Positions 25,376-64,000 of a stretch of DNA of 64,000 nt are shown here, piece after piece (within the stretch, counting starts at the first letter, position 1; every line of letters begins with the position of its first letter). Below the pieces are notes generated by a model. It made no database searches and was not told the origin of the DNA. It saw nothing but the letters and a program-made list of their open reading frames with translations. The stretch lies in NCBI GenBank assembly GCA_012295275.1, contig CM022679.1, forward strand, positions 496,001 through 560,000. The letters are read 5' to 3'. This DNA is from Chrysomallon squamiferum. Lineage: Eukaryota > Animalia > Mollusca. The position numbers were made by a program, and so were the translations under genes.

Positions 25376-26653
25376 AAATACTTGTATGTGTAAATATTTA
25401 ACATTAAGTACACACATACAGACACATAAGAAATGGTATTTAAAATGTTTCCTGACATTCTACATATTTTCGAATCAAACATATCATCTCTGTGTATGAT
25501 GAACTGCATATTAATGGAATCTGAACTGTTTCATTAAACATTACTACAATGAAGATCAAAACCAACATCTCTATATAACAAAAATTATAACTTATACTCA
25601 GATATTACATATAGATTAGAACAAAATAATAATTATTATTATTATTATTATTATTTTTTTTAAATTCAGTTTGATTACAGGACTCACACACACATAAAAA
25701 CTTAGAAACAGGAAAAAACCCCACTAAAACAACAAATTATTCTGTTTAAAATTGAAGAGATTTGGGGGGTTTTTTAAACTCATTTTTCTCCCACTAGAAC
25801 CCTTCTGTGCAATGATGACACAAAACAACAAATCACTCGAGTGTAAGTCAAACGGATCTGAGAAATTATTGTAATTATGAATTCCTCAGAGAAAAGGTGT
25901 CGGTTTATTTGAAAACAAGCTAACTAATAGACCTGTCAGACACAAATAAACATTCAGAGGTGGATCCAGGGGGGTGTTCTAGGGGATTCCTCCACCGCCC
26001 TCTGTTCTAAGTTTTCCTTCACTGCGCTGAGAATAATATTGTGACGTCATGTCGTATATCTGTCATACCAATGGTTGTTGAATTTTATATCATGTCCTCA
26101 CACAGAAAATGTACGTGTTGGATACACAGGTCTAGTTTGAAATGAATGAACGATGGAAAAAATAAGAAAGAAAAATGGATGAATGATGAATAAATCGATA
26201 ATCAATGAATGAGTGAATAAATCAGTCAATCAGTCAATCAGTAGATCAATGAAAGAAAAATTATTATTACTACAAAAAATACTACTACAACTACTACTAC
26301 TACTACTACTGCTAATAATAATAATAATATTAATGATAACAATAAAAAAAAATAACATCATCATCAACAACAACAAAAGTAACAGTATAAATAAATTCAC
26401 TCACAGCACATAACACACTGAACATTTTACTTAGACAACTCACTCGAACACGACTTCCTCTGAAACCAGAGTCGTTGCGTCCCTGACTCGTTACGTGAGG
26501 ACAGTTTCAGACGAAACGGAGCGCGTCTTGGGAAATCTCACTCTGATCTAACAAATAACGTCTTTACTTTCTCTCTTTTTAGAATCAATGTTCTAAACTA
26601 TCAGTTATGCTTTGTAAGACGTCTGTAATGGCTGACATTTTTAATAACGTTTG

Positions 26654-26693
<40 letters not shown>

Positions 26694-26836
26694 TGTGTGT
26701 TAAAAAACAAACTGTTTATATTGTTTTATTTTGTTTTCATTTCATTTATTTACTAGTATGTATGTATATGTATGTATGTTTGTGTGTGTATGTATGTATG
26801 TATGTATGTATGTATGTATGTATGTATGTGTATGTA

Positions 26837-26869
<33 letters not shown>

Positions 26870-27042
26870 ATGTATGTATGTATGTATGTATGTATGTATG
26901 TATGTATGTATGTATGTATGTATATGTATGTATGAATGTATGTATGTATGTACGTATGTATATGTGTGTATGTATGTGTGTGTATATGTGTGTGTATGTA
27001 TGTATATATGTGTGTATGTATATGTATGTATGTATGAATGTA

Positions 27043-27073
<31 letters not shown>

Positions 27074-27495
27074 GTGTGTATTTGTGTATGTGTGTATGTA
27101 TGTATGTATGTGTGTGTGTATGTGTATGTATGTATGTATGTGTGTGTGTGTGTGTGTGTATATGTGTATGTATGTATGTATGTGTGTGTATGTATGTATG
27201 TATATGTGTTTATTTGTGTATGGATGAAGGCATGCGTGGCTGTATATATGTATCTACTATTTATTTATTTATTTCACATCAGTCTGGTTTTTTTTATTTG
27301 ATTATTTCTTTCTTTGCTAATGTTTAGTCAAGACTAAATTCGTTTGATATTAAGTCATATTTCACTATTTACATTATTATTATTATTATTATTACTATTA
27401 TTATTTACTATTAACTTATACTGCAAGTTAATAATAAAAAATAAAAACTCACGTGATAAAATAAACTGCTATTCCGAACGCGAAAAAAAAAAAAA

Positions 27496-27526
<31 letters not shown>

Positions 27527-27649
27527 TAGTATTAATAATAATTAAAAAATAATAGAAAAAAAAAAAAATAAAATAAGAATAAGAGTTTGATGGTGTATCA
27601 ACTTGATGTTGTAAAGGAAACTGTGTTGACTTAGGAAATAATTCTCACA

Positions 27650-28331
27650 GTTTTACGTTACTTAATAAACATATAACTGCAGTGGTTTGAGGGGTGAAGG
27701 GTCGCCCGATCGATCCTTGTCAATGCGCTCTGTGAGAATATCCAAATCTAGCCACTCGCACATAATTAACTTAGAAAAAAAAAAAACGACGATGTGTACG
27801 TTTACTACTTGGAGAAATGCATATAAAAGGTTTCTTGCTGTTAATTAATAAAAGAGTAACTCATGGAGAGCCTGGTTGCCACTCTAAGATGATGATGATC
27901 AGGCTCGCACTAAACGCTTGTTTTGTAACAACAGCCACCGAGGGGGGATCGTTAAACGTATCAGCTCGCTGATTAAGCCGCTAATAAGAAAGACAAATCT
28001 AAGCCCACGTAACGAACAGCAAATTAATATCTGTTCTGTTTGCTCTTTTATCGACTGGTTTATCCTGTTAATAACACGACACGTTTTGTGCCGTCACGTC
28101 AGTGGGTTTGATAGCCGAGCTGCAGTGTCGCTTTTCCTGTTAATAGACACATTTTATACCGCAGAGACGTCTCATTCGTTAGCACTCGTTAGAGCCTGCT
28201 AAATATCGGAAAGAGAAAAGGTGTGCCAAAACACCGCGAAGAGCATTAGCGACTGTTAGTTGGTGTTGTTTTTAAACAAAATGAAAAATGAAAAAATGAA
28301 CACGCACTGATGATGAAGTTTTGTTAATTTG

Positions 28332-28389
<58 letters not shown>

Positions 28390-28958
28390 TTTTACAACGC
28401 TGATTACAAGACAAGTAGAATTTGTGTGAGTTGCGCGTGACAGTTTCCAGTTAGCTCTAAAGACGGTAATGATTCAGATGATCCACACGAAGCCGGTAAC
28501 GTTCACGTGATCAGCGGCATGCATGACGTCGTATCAAGTGACACTTGAGCGAAGTCGATCCTGCACTAGAAGCAGAGATTGTGGACGATGGAAACAAGAA
28601 CACGGTGATTTGCACTGCCTGACAATATTGATCACAGCCGTCGAGAAGGAGAAGGAATCAGTTCTTAGACGGATAAGAACTTTGTTTGTTTTTATGACGG
28701 ATTTTTTTGTTGTTCATCTTCTTAAACCAACGCGAAGATCAAAAGTGAAGAAGAGGTGTTGTTTTTATCAACAAGCATTGAAACTTGTTTGATATTCCAG
28801 ACAGACAGACAGGCAGACAATACACGTCTTTGAATTTTGTCAAAAGTGAAACGGAAGAATAAAAACTTATTTAAAAACTTACAAAAGAAGTAGAAAATTT
28901 AGAAAAAAAAGAAAAAAGAGGATTGTCTACTCAGCAGAATAAAAGAGTTTTCTGTGAA
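27650..28958 (+). promoter_or_regulatory. Candidate promoter and 5' UTR of the synaptotagmin-15-like gene
   Basis: CpG-rich relative to flanks; TATAAAAG at about 27822, E-box CACGTG at about 28504 and CRE-like TGACGT at about 28524; lies directly upstream of the ATG exon. Confidence 0.4.
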
Positions 28959-60742
<31,784 letters not shown>

Positions 60743-60856
60743 GTAAGCGTATTTATTTATTTATTTACTTATTTATTATTATTACTGCTCTTGTTGTTGT
60801 TCTTCTTATTATTACTATTATTGTTATTGTTGTCACAATCATTATTAAGTAAGAGG

Positions 60857-60935
<79 letters not shown>

Positions 60936-61319
60936 TGTGTTGTGGTATAAAGTTTAATTCTCTGTAATTAAGTAGGTTTATGTCTGTTAGTGTGTCTGTC
61001 ATGGGGATGAGTTAATGGTATTGATCGTTTTAGCAGTGACTAGTTTGTGTATATTAAACACACAGTTTGTTAACGTACGTTCAGTTTTATGTTAAAATAT
61101 TTGATGTAAAACGTGCTGCACCGCCTTGCAACAAAGACTGTCTTAAAAAAAAATAAAAAAATAAAAAATAATGTAGCGGTATGCAAATTCTGAATGTCAG
61201 ATAATGTTACAATCAACAAAAGTGCAAAAACTGTTGATACAATGTAAATCTTCAGTGTTGTCTTATGCTACAAATAAATAAATTACAAACGTGGAATTTT
61301 GTGATCTGAAAATGAGAAG

Positions 61320-61690
61320 ATTATCTAACGTTACAAATAAATCAAGTACAAACGTGGAAACCTCTACACTGCAAAGATCTGATAAATGTGTCTAACGTTA
61401 CAAACAAGTGTAGACGTTTAACATTACAAACAAATCTAAACGCTGCAGACAAGTGAAAATATTTGATGTTACAATCAAGTGAATAATTTTAACGTTACAA
61501 ACATGAAAACGTTTAACGTTACAAACAAATCTAAACGTTTAAACGTTGCAAACAAGTGAATACTTTTAACATTACAAACATGAAAACGCTTAACGTTACA
61601 AACAATTGTAGATGTTTAACGTTGCAAACAAGGAAAAACGTTTAACGTTACTAACAAATGAAAACATTGAACGTTACAAACATCCGAAAG
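61320..61690. repeat. Degenerate tandem repeat built on aacgttacaaacaa
   Basis: Many diverged copies. Confidence 0.75.
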
Positions 61691-61929
61691 CATTGAAGAA
61701 CAAAATATTGAGTATTGATTTACGTTAACCGGCTGATTAACAAACATTTTATCACACATGATGTAAACTCTACTTTTTCCACTCAAAGGAAAATGGGAAT
61801 TTAAGTCATTACCGTACAAGAACAGTTCGGTGGTTTTTTTTTTTTTTTTTTTTTGTGTTGCTTTTTTCTGTCGTTTTCATTTTTTTTTCTTTTTTCTTTT
61901 TAATATTTTTTTTTAAAACTAATTTATTA

Positions 61930-61978
<49 letters not shown>

Positions 61979-62084
61979 GTTATCATTATTAGTATTATTA
62001 TTATTAGTAGTAGTATGAGTATTAGTATTATTAGTGTTGTTGTTATTATTATTATTTTTGTTCTTGTTGTTATTGCTATTGCTA

Positions 62085-62122
<38 letters not shown>

Positions 62123-62607
62123 GTTATTATTGTTATTATTATTATTATTATTATTATTGTTATTATTATTGTTTTAGAAATATGTTTGTGTGTATGTATT
62201 GGTTATGTGTGTGTGTATGTATATGTGCATATCTGAATACAGTGAAGTGTTTCTGTCTGTCTGATCTAAACTAGATTATTGTTTATATTATTGTTAAAGT
62301 GTGTATCTACATTATAAAGGTTTGTGTATTACACAGGTATGTAAGAATAAAAGCAGTAAAGTGTGGATTATAAAGGGTTGTTCAGTAAGAGGTTTGCGTA
62401 GAGTTGATTACTGAGGGGTTTGTGTGACGAGTCACGTGCTGTATGAAACTCATAACTCAATGTTAGTATTTTATCTACTCACAGAAACATTTTAACATTA
62501 AAAAAAAATAGACTCAGGTGTGAGCTGAAAGTAATCTGGATAAAACAAATAATATTAAATTTTGAGGGTTTTTTCCTCACAAATCTGACATTTTACCGTT
62601 ATCAGGA

Positions 62608-62651
<44 letters not shown>

Positions 62652-63611
62652 TAAAAAGATAAAATAATTTAAAAAGAAAGAGAGACAGAGAGAAAGAAGA
62701 CATTAAAAAAAGAAAGAACAGACACATGATGCACGTTGAATGGCGTCGCGAGGTTTCAGAAGAACTGTTTTGTTGTCAGCGACGTAGTCTCCACTCCACA
62801 CACAAAGTACGCCTCACTGGCCAAACGACACCGTTGTCTAAGTTACGTAACTAATAACTTGAAGAAAAAATGGCATACTTTTTTCTTTCATTCCTTCCTT
62901 CAATTTCCCTGTTCTCCGTAATTACTTACTTTTCTTTTCGTCTTCATTTCTTAACAGTCATTCGTCCTTTCTTTCTTTTTCTTCCTACATTCTGTACATC
63001 TTTTCTGTTTTCTTTCCTTTATCGATTTTTTTTTACTTTATTTTCATTCATTTTCTAAAATTATTATTTATCATCATCATCATCATTATTATTATTTTTA
63101 TTATTATTTGGTATTTATTTATTTATTTATTTTTCAGAAATCTTTCTCATTTTAAGAATCAGATTCAGCGTACACCTAATCATCTTTCTTTCCAGTTTCT
63201 TAAAGATCTTTTTTTTTTTTTTTTTTATTTTTTTTTTTTCCTGTCGGTCCGTTTTTTATCAATGTCTTTCTTTCAGTTTTTTTTAAAAAAAAGGTCTGCA
63301 TGACTTATACCAATTCACCCTCATATCGGATAACACAATTAGCGTTCGTTGTATAATGTGATTTATATGTGCATGTAATTTCGTGACATATTCTTATTAA
63401 CTTACAGACTCGACGCCTCACGGTCGTGTGTCGCGCAGGTTTCTCCGAGTCCTGTCAGTGCTCAATTAATCACTGCTGTCAGACAACTGCGTTTATTTAT
63501 TTATTTACTTTCTTACTTACATACTTTTTTATTTATTATTATTTTATTTTTTTATTTTTTTTTATTACAGCTTTATTTTGTTTTATAGGCGTATAGACGT
63601 TTACAAAAAAG

Positions 63612-63758
<147 letters not shown>

Positions 63759-64000
63759 CAAATTAAAACAGAATACAGTTATAACAAATAAAATTTGCGT
63801 ACTCGTTGGGCGGTTTTAAGACACAAGGCGTTTTGCATCAAATATTTAAATATAAAACTGAACGTACGTTAATAAACTGTGTGTTTAATATACACAAACT
63901 ATTCACTGCTACAACGATCAATACCATTAACTCATCCCCATGACAGACACACTAACAGACATAAACCTACTTAATTACAAAGAATTAAACTGTATACCAC

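Overview
AT-rich, intron-rich animal genomic DNA, not prokaryotic. It is probably an invertebrate and possibly a gastropod mollusc, judging from remembered SINE similarity (inference). Three spliced genes could be built by hand with phase-consistent GT-AG junctions. (1) The 5' part of an adhesion GPCR on the minus strand (signal-like leader, two Ig domains, hormone-receptor motif, start of GAIN; exons 8633 down to 920), continuing off the left edge. (2) A complete 5-coding-exon, 449-aa type II membrane GT92/DUF23-like glycosyltransferase on the plus strand (13842-17758). (3) The first three coding exons of a synaptotagmin-15-like gene on the plus strand (28959-60742), continuing off the right edge. 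The rest is microsatellites, many minisatellites and decayed hAT, SINE and MITE fragments. Most ORFs in the supplied track are simple-repeat artefacts. I found no CRISPR array, rRNA, intact tRNA or intact transposon, and no clearly new biological system. The best leads are a minisatellite that multiplies a GT92 splice donor, candidate TM-less synaptotagmin isoforms from an internal promoter, a split start codon and a 6-nt microexon in the GPCR, a long inverted repeat pair around the synaptotagmin promoter, a CTCF-like site, and a sharp CpG boundary near 9.4 kb.
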